Shown: positions 1 to 11,489 of the stretch, piece after piece | How positions within the stretch are numbered: the first letter of the stretch is position 1 | How the letters are laid out: each line of letters begins with the position of its first letter | Assembly (NCBI RefSeq): GCF_963921235.1 | Contig: NC_086097.1 | Location: forward strand, 211,422,001 to 211,486,000 | Length of the DNA: 64,000 nucleotides | Reading direction: 5' to 3' | Source: Mobula hypostoma | Taxonomy: Eukaryota | Notes under the pieces: model-generated | Databases searched by the model: none | What the model was told of the DNA's origin: nothing | Seen by the model: only the letters and a program-made list of their open reading frames with translations | Program-made: the position numbers and the translations under genes

Positions 1-773
1 AGTTATGCAGAGCGGCCTCCAACGTATCAGCCAGCTCGATCGCCGAACTTAGGGTAAGATCGGCTTTTTCCAGCAGCCGCTGGCGCACGTACACTGACCT
101 GGTCCCCGTGACAAAGGTGTCCCTCACTAGGAGTTCTGCATACTGCACCGCCGTCAGCTCCTGACAATTGCAGGCTTGCACGAGCGTCCGTAGGGCCTGG
201 ATGAACTCAGCACTCGATTCCCCGGACCGTTGTTGCCGTGTCACTAAACGGTGCCGAGCATAGACACTGTTTATCGGCCGCAGGAATTGTCTTTTGAGTG
301 TGTTCATCGCGCCGTCGTAGTTCGGCTGGTCTCTGATCAGCGAATAGACCCGTGGACTGACCCTGGAGAGTAGAACTCTGCGCTTCGCTACGGGGTCGGT
401 CGCTTTAATCTCCTCTAGATACGCTTCGAAGCAGGCCAGCCAGAGTTCGAAAGCATTTCCAGTGTCGGGCATTTGCGGATCGAGGTCCAATTTTTCTGGT
501 CTCAGGGCCTGTTCCATGTTTTAAAATGTACAGCGAATAAAACTGAAGCACCTTCAATTACTCCAAAAGACTGAGGTTTGGTAAAATACTGAAAGGCTTT
601 TATTCGCTGTACAATACGACCTCCACAGTAAGTGTCTGCCCCCGGACTGAGGGGGAGGGGGCAAGGTGAACACATTTATACAGGACTCTGTGGGAGGAGC
701 CACAGGGGCAGTCAGCAGAGGGGTGTGTCCAGACAGGTAACCGAGTTACAACATATATACATGGTTTACCACA
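1..773 (-). mobile_element. 5' end of a Gypsy/Ty3 LTR retrotransposon (5' LTR 544-773 plus gag), truncated by the window edge
   Basis: TG...CA-bounded 230 bp LTR with a TATA-like box and AATAAA on the - strand, followed by an ATG-initiated gag frame; CpG-rich, so apparently young. Confidence 0.85.
2..517 (-). CDS. Gypsy Gag N-terminus (partial, runs off the window; absent from the ORF track)
   Basis: Manual translation is stop-free: MEQALRPEKLDLDPQ...FELWLACFEAYL...YARHRLVTRQQRSGESSAEFIQALRTLVQACNC...LVRDTFVTG...VRQRLLE, with typical retrotransposon gag motifs. Confidence 0.85.
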   Translation of the reverse strand, partial: MEQALRPEKLDLDPQMPDTGNAFELWLACFEAYLEEIKATDPVAKRRVLLSRVSPRVYSLIRDQPNYDGAMNTLKRQFLRPINSVYARHRLVTRQQRSGESSAEFIQALRTLVQACNCQELTAVQYAELLVRDTFVTGTRSVYVRQRLLEKADLTLSSAIELADTLEAALHN

Positions 774-1420
774 GTTTACTCTGATAGCATTTTGGCATGT
801 AAACAAGAACTGTTTCCATCCACACAGAAACAAGGAAAGCACCACAGAAACAGGCACAAGGAAGGCATTATCGGTTCAAAATTGTCTAGGCCCCATCACA
901 GGCTCAACAAATCCACTGTGAAGCAATGAACTACTTGGCTCTAACGCTGCATACCTGAACACGTGATCATTAATATGAACGATTCCATCAGTTTACAGCG
1001 CTGCAAAAGAAGATTTTTTTAACTATTTTTAATGCTGATTGTTAAACTGATTCCTCTTCAATGGTAGAAATTTATTAATATTGCTGCTTTCTCAAGTTGT
1101 TAGTGTCATTAAAATCCATAGGAAGTAGCTTGCCAAGAGCTAAGGACTTCTTTTTCACACTTCAAAGCTTCTGCCAGTCTCTCTAGAAAGCATTGCCAGT
1201 AGAAGTTATGCTAGACAATGGGAAAAGGGCACATAGAACAGTACAAGGTGCAAGAAGAGGAAGGGGGAAGGAAAGGAGAGGGCTGAACAAGAGGCCAAAT
1301 CCATCCTGAGAATTAAGGAATTATTTGGGGAGCAACATGTGAGACATTATGCATTAATACCAATGTCCTCACTTAAAGCTACCACATCCTCCTGTTGCTG
1401 CAACTATTAAGTTAGATAGA

Positions 1421-1565
1421 CTAGGCATTGGCAACTACAACTATTTCCTTACTGCCTTTGTACTGTCAGCAGATAGGGCCACCTGGAACCCCAGGGATAG
1501 TTCCATCTCCTCTCAAATTTACTTCCTCCACTTGGATCTCCAATGCACTGTTAGAAGATCTTGAA
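1421..1565 (-). mobile_element. Possible decayed Harbinger Myb/SANT-like ORF remnant
   Basis: Translates as SNSALEIQVEEVNLRGDGTIPG...KEIVVVANA*, resembling the FSDxxLExLVEEV...WxEIAxxVNA pattern of Harbinger/NAIF1-like Myb domains; contains stops. Confidence 0.35.
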
Positions 1566-2387
1566 GCTGAAATCTTTGACATTGAGCCAATATTTTTCAG
1601 GTCTAAATGTCTTATAAAACTTCCACAATGCATTTGCCCATCAGAAGATATAGCTAGCTTTAAGTGATGTTAACTACTCGTATAATCACCCCCCTGAGCA
1701 TTGAAGGCACTAGACAGCATTGTTAATGCTGCACGGATGTGCAAAAATATAAATAGGCGGGCAATGTGAAGCTGGCATGATACCTACATTGAGAGCAACA
1801 GCTGTGAGTTAAACATGCATCATGGTTCCTACACCTGTTTTCAGGAATGATCCAATTTAGAACAAGCAGCTCCGCCCCTGGAGATAATTAAAGGGTACTC
1901 GTTCAATAGGTGAGGCAGTATTTTGTAAAGGCTTTGAAAACTCTTCAAGACTGTCTCAACTGAACATAAACTGAAAGGTCAAAAGGTTACAAAGGGACAG
2001 CGAAAAAAAAGCAAGGTTTTTTGTACAGGCCTGGAGCTGCAGCTGAGTATTTCTGTCATTGTGTCTGCCAGCTAAATGTTGCATGTTGTTACACTTCACT
2101 ACTGAGTCACGTTGACTTCAAACTTCCAACATTTCATGGTTCTATGCCTGTACTCACTGGAATGAGGGGACTTCACTGAAACATCGAATGTTGAAAGGCC
2201 TAAATGGAATGGATGTGGGAAGAGGATGTTTCCTTTGGGGGTGGGGGCAGGGGTAGTCTGAGACCAGAAGCAACAGCTTCTGAATACAAGGACATGCCTT
2301 TTGGACAGAGATGAGGAATAATTCTTTAGCTAGTGGGTCGTGAGTCTGTGGAATTCATTACCACAAATAGCTGTGGAGGCCAAAGCC

Positions 2388-3680
2388 AGTATGGTTTCCT
2401 GAAAGGAAGAACCTGCTTGACAAACCTACTGCAATTCTTTGAAGAAGTTACAAGCAGGGTAGACAAAGGAGATGCAGTAGACGTGGTGTACTTGGATTTT
2501 CAGAAGGCCTTTGACAAGGGGCCACACATGAGGCTGCTTAGCAAGATAAGAGCCCATGGAATTACAGGGAAGTTACTAGTGTGGGTGGAGCATTGGCCGA
2601 TCGGCTGAAAACAGAGAGTGGGAATAAAGGGATCCTATTCTGGCTGGCTGTCAGTTACCCTTGGAGTTCCACAGGGGTCGGAGTTGAGACTGTTACTTTT
2701 TACAATATGTGTCAATGAATTGGACTATGGTATTAATAGATTTGTGGCTAAATTTGCCGATGATACAAAGATAGGTGGAGGAGCAGATAGTGTTGAGGAA
2801 ACAGAGAGCCTGCAGAGAGACATAGATAGTTTAGGGGAATGGGCAAAGAAGTGGCAAATGAAATACAATGTTGGAAAGTGCATGGTCATGCACTTTGGTG
2901 GAATAAACAAAGTGGCAGACTATTATTTAGATAGGGAGAGAATTCAAAATGCAGACATGCAAAGAGACTTGGGAGTCCTTGTGCAAGATATCCTAAAAGT
3001 TAACCTGCAGATTGAGTCAGTTGTGAAGAAGGCGACTGCAATGTTGGCATTCATTTCTAGAGGTATAGAATATAAGAGCCAGGATGTGATGTTGAGGCTC
3101 TATAAGGCACTTGTGAGACCACACTTGAAGTATTATGTGCAGTTTTGGGCTCCTTATTTTAGAAAGGGTATACTGACATTGGAGAGGGTTCAGAGAAGAT
3201 TCATGAGAATGATTCCAGGAATGAAAGGGTTACCCTATGAGGAACGTCTGGCAGCTCTTGGACTGTATTCTCTGGAGTTCAGGAGGATGAAGGGGGATCT
3301 CACAGAAAGATTCCAAATGTTAAGAGGCCTGAACAGATTAGATATGGCAAAGTTATTTCCCATGTTAGGGGATTCTAGGACAAGAGGGCGCGACTTCAAG
3401 ATTGAAGAATGTCCTTTTAGAACTGAGATGCGGAGAAATTACTTTAGTCAGAGGGTGGTAAATCTGTGGAATCTGTTGCCATGAATGGCTGTGGAGGCCA
3501 AGTCACTGGGTGTATTTAAGGCAGAGATAGATAGATTCTTGATTAGCCAGGGCATCAAAGGGTATGGGGTGAAATCAGGGAAGTGGGGATGACTGGATGA
3601 AGTGGATCAGCCCATGATCGAATGGCAGAGCAGACAATGGGCCAAATGGCCTACTTCTGCTCCTAAGTCTTATGGTTATA
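2388..3680 (+). mobile_element. CR1 LINE, 5'-truncated (RT and 3' end), nested in an older CR1 3' fragment (about 2145-2387 and 3681-3840)
   Basis: ORFs 2333-2608 and 2618-3484 carry QYGF..GRTCLTNLL, YLDFQKAFD, GVPQGS, KFADDTK and LYKALVRPHL motifs; CR1-type 3' UTR. Confidence 0.92.
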
Positions 3681-4847
3681 CTTAAAGCAGAGGTTGATAG
3701 GTTCTTGATTGGTAAGGGCATCAAAGTTTACAGGGAGAATGCAGGAAAATGGGAATGAGAGGGATGCTAAATCTGCCATGATGGAATGCTGAAGGAGGCT
3801 TAAATGGTTGAATGGCCTAATTCTGCCCCTATGTCTTATGATTAAAAGTAAATGTCCTTGTACCAGATGGCATCTGATGGCTCTGATCTAGAGCATGTGA
3901 AGACTTCAGAATAAGTTCAGACGAGATATAACAATGCTTCCAAATGTCACTGGGAGTATTCTGATGCAGGTAGCCAAAGCCAGTATCTTTTGTATGCTTT
4001 GTATGCTATAAGCACCATGTCATTATCTATCTATGGAGCTCCTGAAGAACCATCAGCAAAAAAATGAGTGGGATATTTACCGTCACTTGTACCACTTTGG
4101 CTCTTGCAACAACTCATGTTGGAAGTTCCAGAGCCACTTACTGTATCTTAAAATGAGATTTGATGACTGCCAACCAGAGATACGGAGAAAAACTCTTGAA
4201 GGTAGGCGTGCATACCTCTCATGAAACTCAATCTATTGGCATCACTTCAGTCACACTCAGAGAGAGTTGCATTGGGGAATTTCCACTGGAAAATCAAATG
4301 AAGCCAATAATTGCAGGAAATACTTGAAAACAATTGACAGAAGGTAACAAAAAGCAGATAAAATGGTAGGTTAAAAATGAAAGTAAACTAAATGGTCTCA
4401 AATATTATGTCAGAGCTGATTAATAAGTAGAGCCCCTTAACCAACAACATGCCTCCCCCTCTCTATCATCAATTTGGAGTCTATCTTTCTCTAAAAGTTT
4501 TGTAAAGTTAACAAGACAATGCACCCAGTTAGTTCATTTTGCTCCTTTATAACTAACAAAAAGAGAGTAGGTTTCTTTCATCAGGTCATATTCTAAACAT
4601 AATAAAACTGTGTGCTAATTTAAACTGTCTCTTTCCTGAGGTGTTTTTACCAGAGATTTTATAAACAGGAAATGCAAAAGCACTATGTCATAATTTACCA
4701 AAATAAATCAGAGGGGAAAAAAAAGATGTCATGACAACCCAAGTGATTTGAATAAGTAAACAGTATGATGTCTAGAGGAGCAGGGAATAGTGGATAAATA
4801 TTCACAGTAATTAAACAGAGATAGAAAAATGAGCATACAATATAATG

Positions 4848-5642
4848 AAGTTCAAACGTTCATTTAATATAACAGTATACAAACCTGAAATTTATAATCT
4901 TCACAGACATCCACAAATCAAGGAACCCCCTAGAATGAATCATTGAAACATCAAAGCCCTGAAGCCCCACTCCCCCTCCCTTCACACAAGCAGCAGTAAG
5001 ACCATCAAACCAGACCCCGACCCACGCCGGCAGAAAAACTGGCACCCCCATCCCCTCATTTTTTTAGCAACAGCAGAAGCCTCAAAGAATCCTTGATCCA
5101 GACTTCATCAAAACTACAGTCCACAAACCAGGTATCTCAGACAGACTCTCTCTCATCGAGGGAGGGAGAGGTCGCTTCTGCAACAATGAGAGTGGAGACC
5201 AGCAACTCGCTGTTCCGATGTTACAGTCTTCCATCTCTAAACCCTCCATCTCAAGAACTGACAAGCTCTCAGTCTTCATCAAAAGAGAGAGAGAGGGATT
5301 GCTCAAGGACAGGGGGCTCCCTCCAACAGCAGCATGCGGTTTGCAGACACACCAACTGCTTTCTCGGTGTTTCAGTCTCACACGAGACTTCAGGCAGCAA
5401 AGAATCGAGCTCCCTAACTTCTGACCTCCTGGCCCTGAGTCCAGGCTGTTCCTGGAGATAGTGAGGTGCTAGGCTGCACAGTCAGTCTGAAAACCCAAAG
5501 AACCGTAGTTTGAACTGGACCCCTACAGAAACACAATCACATTGAAACGAAAAGAAAGACATAAGAGAAGAGAAATAAGCTGTTTATTGGATGAACTGGA
5601 AGAAGTCACCCAGGTCTGCAGAATCTGCTGGCACCATCTTGA
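4848..5642 (-). mobile_element. Non-autonomous, non-coding retroposon with AAGATGG 5' end and LINE-like tail
   Basis: The - strand starts aagatggtgcc and ends in an AT-rich tail with a gaac-type repeat; no credible ORF. Confidence 0.5.
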
Positions 5643-6149
5643 TTGATCATTTGCATTTTTTTCTTGTACAATAAGCAATAAATTGGGTTGCTTCACGCGA
5701 AATAATATATCATGATATTTTCATTCCATGTAATATCTAGGCACATACCATCAAACTTGAGGACATCTCTTTCCCACTGTTATAAGACAATTGAATATTT
5801 CCCTAGTACAATAAGACGGGGTCTTGATCTCACAGTCTTCCTGTTGTGATCTTTCACCTTTCTGTCCATCTGCACTTTCTCTGTACTGTAATACTTTATT
5901 CTGCAATGTTATGTTTTAACATTAAAATACTGCGATGTACTGTTGTAATGAATTGATCCTTACTGGTGCAAGCCAAGTTTTTCATGGTCGTTCGGTACAT
6001 GTGACAATCATAATAAACCAAGCCTAACCTTGCTCTAATACTTGGAATAAAGGATGTTGTATCAATTTGGTAAAGTCAAACTAAGTACGAGTATTTGATT
6101 TTTAACAACATCTTAGCTAAATTAAACAGAGTAGCCTGACAAAGACTTC

Positions 6150-6620
6150 ACACTAATGCCAAGGTCACAGGATAGGATGTTTAAAAGATATACAGGGTCC
6201 TTAGCTTTATAAACAGAATCAGAAACACAAAAGCAAGCAGGCTATGCAAAACCTTTTACAAAACACTGGTTAAGTTCCAGCTAGAGTATTGTTGACAATT
6301 CTGAGCACACTTTTAAAGAATGGAAGTCTGCACAGATTTACTGGAATGGCATCAGGAATAAGTGACTTCATGCTTAGTACGAGACTAAAGAAACTAGGCT
6401 TGCCTTTGTAACGAGAAAAGTGAAGTTTAAACGAAAAATTCAAAACCTTTGATAGAGTAAATAAGGAGAAGCTGTTTCGATAGCAACAGAAACTGTAATC
6501 AAAGAATAGATTGGAAGTGATTGGCAAAGGACATGAAACTGTGCAATATGTTGTGATTTTAAATGCTGTGCCTGAAGAGGTGATGTAAGGAGATTCAATA
6601 ATAAACTTTCAGAAAGCAAC
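6150..6620 (+). mobile_element. Ancient CR1 3' fragment
   Basis: Degenerate match to the CR1 ORF2 C-terminus (aaaacactggttaagttccagctagagtattg...). Confidence 0.6.
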
Positions 6621-7346
6621 AGGAACAGGAATAGACTTTTTAGCTGAGAGTGTGCTTGGCTTTTTGAAGATCCATCGCTAATCTACGGACCAACTCCATA
6701 GTACATGCCCATTTGTTCTGATGTTCCTTAACAGCCTCAGCAAACAAAAAAATACCATACCAGTTTCAAATTGTAAAGTAAGAATTTTCTTCACATCAAT
6801 TGCTGATTGTAGAAGACTTTTAAATTTCTATCAATCTCTAAGTATATAAATCTTTCCTAATGTTGCCCCCTGAAAAGACTGGCTGCACCGTTTGCACAAT
6901 GTTCCGAATCTTAAACTTCTCAGTCTGTGGAAACAATTAATTTCTGCCTACATTTTTAGTTCCTCATAAAAACTTGAAAACTCCTTGTACTTTGCTGCTT
7001 GCATTGAAAAATTCCAAGAAAACATTTACAGGGAAAAGAGTAAGTGAATGGTACAAATTGGAATTATTTTTTCTAAAATCTTATCTTTTTCATTTGACAC
7101 AGTATATGGAACATAATTGGCACACATCACTATCTTCATTCATTCTACAAAATAATTTAATACATTCCCTTATTAAATGTGAATTGACGGTTCACTCTTA
7201 AACACTAAAAATGGAGCTTTTGAAAGACTTAATCCACTTGCATCACTTAACTCTCACAAAAAGGGTTTTATTCTGAGGAATTCCCACTGGAAAAGTCACT
7301 GAACTCAATAACTGCAGGAAACACTTTTAAAAAATGACAAATGGAA

Positions 7347-7895
7347 ATCAGAATCGGGTTTAATATCACTGGCATACATCATGAACTTTGTTGTTTTGTG
7401 CCAGCGGTATGGTGCAATACATAAAAAAACTATAAATGCCAATATATAGAAATTAAAATAAATAAGTAGTGCAAAAAAAGAGCAAAAAAGAGAAAAATAC
7501 TACTGAGATAGTGTTTATCGGTTCATTGTCCATTCAGAAATCTGATGGCAGAGGGGAAGAAGCTGTTAATAAACTGGTGAGAGTGTGTCTTCAGGCTCCT
7601 GTACCGCCTCCCTGATGGTAGCAATGAGAAGAGGACATGTTCTGTGTGATGGGGGTCCTTAATGATAGATGCCGCCTTTTTGAGGCACCGCCTTTTGAAG
7701 GTGTCAGTGATTCTGGGGAGGTTAGTACCCAAAATGGAGCAGGCTAAGTCTGCAGTTTTCTGCAGCTTTTTTTGATCCTGTGCATTCACCTTTACACACC
7801 AGTTAGAATGCTCTCCATGGTACATCTGTAGAAATTTACACATCTTTGTTGACATTTCAAGCCTCCTCAAACTCCGAATGAAATATAGCCACTGT
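7347..7895 (-). mobile_element. Rex1/Babar LINE 3' fragment
   Basis: YFIRSLRR...RCLKKAASIIKDPHH...FSLLPSGRRYRSL...NSFFPSAIRFLN; gattct-type tail. Confidence 0.88.
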
Positions 7896-8539
7896 AAATA
7901 AAAAGAGTTCAAATGGCAGGGTAAAAATGCAAAAGAAACTGTGAATGGTCTCAAAAGAACACATGAAGAGAACCACCTTTTCAATCAGGTCCCCAATCAA
8001 GGTTAAAAAGAAGAACATCACGGCAGTTTTTCGGAGTTGGACTGTGACCAACCACCGAGTGGGAGTATGTGAAGAGAGCTGTCTTATCTTATATAAAGAT
8101 TAAAAAGACAGTTTTGGAGTTAGACCGCAACTAATCACCAAGTGGGGCTCATTGGAAAGGATGACTAAGAACAATGCAAGTGAAAGTGGAGCAGCCAATC
8201 TTTGAGTGCCCATTGTCAGTGGCAGTGTTTGGAGTGGCTTTGGCTCATCAGGCTGAGGCAAGGTAAAGTATCTGGCAAATTTCTCTTTTTGCTCTTCATT
8301 CTTCACTCCCCGTCTGTTAAGGCATAGCAGTGTAGTGAAAATGGCGCTGGGGCAGTGTTTTGCACTGTGTGTGAGATGCCACCATCAGAGCACCATCATC
8401 TGAGTCAGAGTGGTGACCTTGAGGCTTTAGCTCTTGGAGGCTTCAGTGAAGGGAGTCTTCAGACAAAGAAAAGAAAAGCTCCAGCTGCAGGTGCTGGAAA
8501 TCCAAGCAACACACACAAAATGATAGAGGAACAGCAGGC

Positions 8540-9470
8540 CATACTCAATACTCAAGATGAGATCTCACTAGTGCTTTATAAAGCCTCAACATCACATTCC
8601 TGCTCTTGTATTCTAGACCCCTTGAAGTGAATGGGAACATTACATTTGCCTTCCTCATCACTAACTCTACCTGCAAGTTAACCTTTACGGTGTTTTGCAC
8701 CAGGACTCCCAAGTCCCTTTGCAAATCAGATTTTTGGATTTTCTCCCCGTTGCGAAAATAGTCTGCACATTTATTTCTACCACCAAGGTACATGGCCATG
8801 CATCTTCCAACATTGGATTTCATTTGCCATTCTCTTGCCCATTCTCCTAATCGGTCTAAATCCTTCTGGAGGCAATATGTTTCCTCAACACTACCTGCCC
8901 CTACACCAATCTTTGTAATCATCTGCAAACTTGTCAACAAATCCATCTGTTCCACCATCTAAATCATTGATCCACAGCATAAAAAGAAGAGGACCCAACA
9001 CCGACCCCTGCAGAACACCACTACTCAATGGTAGCCAACCAGAAAAGGATCCTTTTATTCCCACTCACCGCCTCCTACCAATCAGCCAATGGTCTAACCA
9101 TGCCAGTAACTTTCCTGTAATACCATGGGCTCCTAACTTGGTAAGCAGCCTCATGTGTGGCACTTTGTCAAAGGCTGTCTGAAAGACAAAAAATATACAA
9201 CATCCACTGCATCTCCTTTATCTATCCTACATGTATTCTCCTCAATCAATTCCAACAGGTTTGTCAGGCAAGATTTTTCCTGAAGGAAACCATGCTGACT
9301 TTGTACTATCTTGTCCTGTGTCACCAAGTACTCCATCACCTCATCCTTAACATTTGACTCCAACATCTTCCCAACCACTGAGGTCATGTTAACTGGTCTA
9401 TATTTTCCTTTCTGCTGCCCTCCTCCTTTCTTAAAGGGTGGAGTGACATTTGCAATTTTCCAGTCCTCTG
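8540..9470 (-). mobile_element. CR1 LINE RT fragment
   Basis: ORFs 8545-8958 and 9151-9387: TSVVGKMLES, SQHGF..KSCLTNLLE, LQKDLDRLGEWA, LYKALVRSHLEY. Confidence 0.9.
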
Positions 9471-9774
9471 GAAAATTAAAGACAAAATGATGTTAGTTTT
9501 AAGCAAGATTAAATTAATAAAAAAGTTTTGTGCTTGTGTTTAAAAGTGACAACTGAGCCTGCATCCCTTACACAGTACAAACACATACACACAACTCTGG
9601 TGCCTAAGGCTTTTTCAAGTCTTTTGCACAGTACAGTAGCTTTAGGTATTGAATTCTACAGTTTAGGGGCATAGTTAAAAATGAAAAGCTGACGTGCCAA
9701 TTATCCTTTGACCTTGTATCTTGTTGTCTGCCTGCACTGCATCGTCTCAGCAACTGCAACACTGTTTCCCTGCT

Positions 9775-10285
9775 GTCATTGGAGAGAGTCCACAGGAGGT
9801 ACACAAGGATGATTCCGGGAATGAAGTAGTTAACATTGGAGAAACGTTTGGCAGCTTTGCGCCTGTGCTCACTGAAATTTAAAAGACTGTGGGCAGATCT
9901 CATTGAAACCTACCAAATGTTGAAAGAACTAAATAGGGTGGACGTGGAGAGGATGTTTCCTGTGGTGGGGGTATCCAGATCTCGAGGGCAGAGCCTCAGA
10001 ATTGAGGAGCGACCTTTTAGAACAGAGGTAAGGAGGAATTTTTTTTAGCCAGAGAGTAGTAGATCTGTGGGATGCTCTGCCACAAACTGTGGTGGAGGCA
10101 AAGTCAGTGGGTATATTTAAGGCGGAGGGTGATCATTTCCTGATCGGTCAGGACATCAAAAGATATGGTGAGAAGTCATGTGTTTGGGGTTGAGTGGGAA
10201 CTGGGACCTGGGATCAGCCATAATGGAATGGCGGAACAGACTCGATGGTCTGAATGGCCTAATTCTGCTCCCATGTCTTACCACT
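9775..10285 (+). mobile_element. CR1 LINE 3' fragment
   Basis: ORF 9836-10048 (DLIETYQML...RPFRTEVRRNFF) plus CR1 3' UTR. Confidence 0.85.
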
Positions 10286-10289
10286 ACAA

Positions 10290-11480
10290 CTGAGAGAAGC
10301 GCATCCAGCTGCAGCTTCTAACAAAGAGCGTTCATGAGTTGGAGCTGGAGCTGGAGCTGGGTGAACTCCAGGTCATTCAGGAGGCTGAAGGGAGTTACAG
10401 AGAGAGAGGTAGTTACACTCAAGATGCAGGACACAGCAGACTGAGAGACAGTCAGGACGGGGAACGGGGTTAAACAGCCACTGTCGAATACCCTTCAACA
10501 CTTTGGATACTATTAGGGGTGGGGAGGTTGACCTAACAGAGGAAAGGCACAGATGTCAGGTCTCTGGCACTGAGTCTGGCTATGTGACTAGGAAGGGAAG
10601 AGGGGAGAAGAGGTATGCTGTGGTCATAGGGGTTTTGTTAGTTAGAGGAATGGACAGGAGGTTCTGCGGGCAAGAACGAGATTCTTGAATGGCACATTGC
10701 CTCCCAGGTGCCAAACGGCCAAGACCAATGGAAAGAATGGATTTACTTGCCAGGGAAAATGTCATGGCAGTTCTCCATCAGGACAGACTGGAGCACTCAA
10801 TTATGAGGTGTTATGGGTGGATCTGAGAAATAAGAAAGGTATGACCGTATTAATGGGGCTATATTACAGACCACTCAACAGTCTAAGGGATTTAGAAGAA
10901 CAAATTTGAGAAGAGATCACCAACTGCTACAGGAAACATAAGGTTGTTATATTAGGTGATTTTAACTTCCACATATTGACTGAAAATCCCATACTGTAAA
11001 AGGAATAGATGGGAGAGAGTTTGTCAAACGTGTTCAGGGAAGTTTCCTAAATCAATACGTTGAAGTCCCAATGAGAGAGCGTGCAATACTGGATCTGCTA
11101 TTAGAGAATGAGACAGGGCAGGTGACAGAAGTCTGTGCAGGGAAATGCTTTGCATCCAGTGACCTCAATGCCATTAGTTTCAAAGTAAATATGCAAAAAG
11201 TTAGGTCTGGTCCATTGTTTGAGATTCTATATCGGAGAAAGGCCAATTTTGATGGTATCTGAAATGATCTGGTAAATGTGGGTTGGGACAGGCTGTTTTC
11301 TGGCAAAGGTGTACTTGGAAAGTGGGAGGTATTCAAAAATGAAATTTTGAGAGTACAAAACGTGTATGTGCTTGTCAGAATAAAAGTTAAAAGTAGTAAG
11401 TGTAATAGGGCACCTTGGTTTTCAAGAGATATTGAGGTCAAGCAAAGAAGGAGATGCATAGCAAGTATAGGCAAGTAGGA
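10290..11480 (+). mobile_element. CR1 LINE fragment (ORF1 remnant plus APE region of ORF2)
   Basis: YAVVIG..LVRG.DRRFCG (ORF1); LMGLYYRP, GDFN, RERAILDLLL (APE). Confidence 0.8.
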
Positions 11481-11489
11481 ACAAATCCG

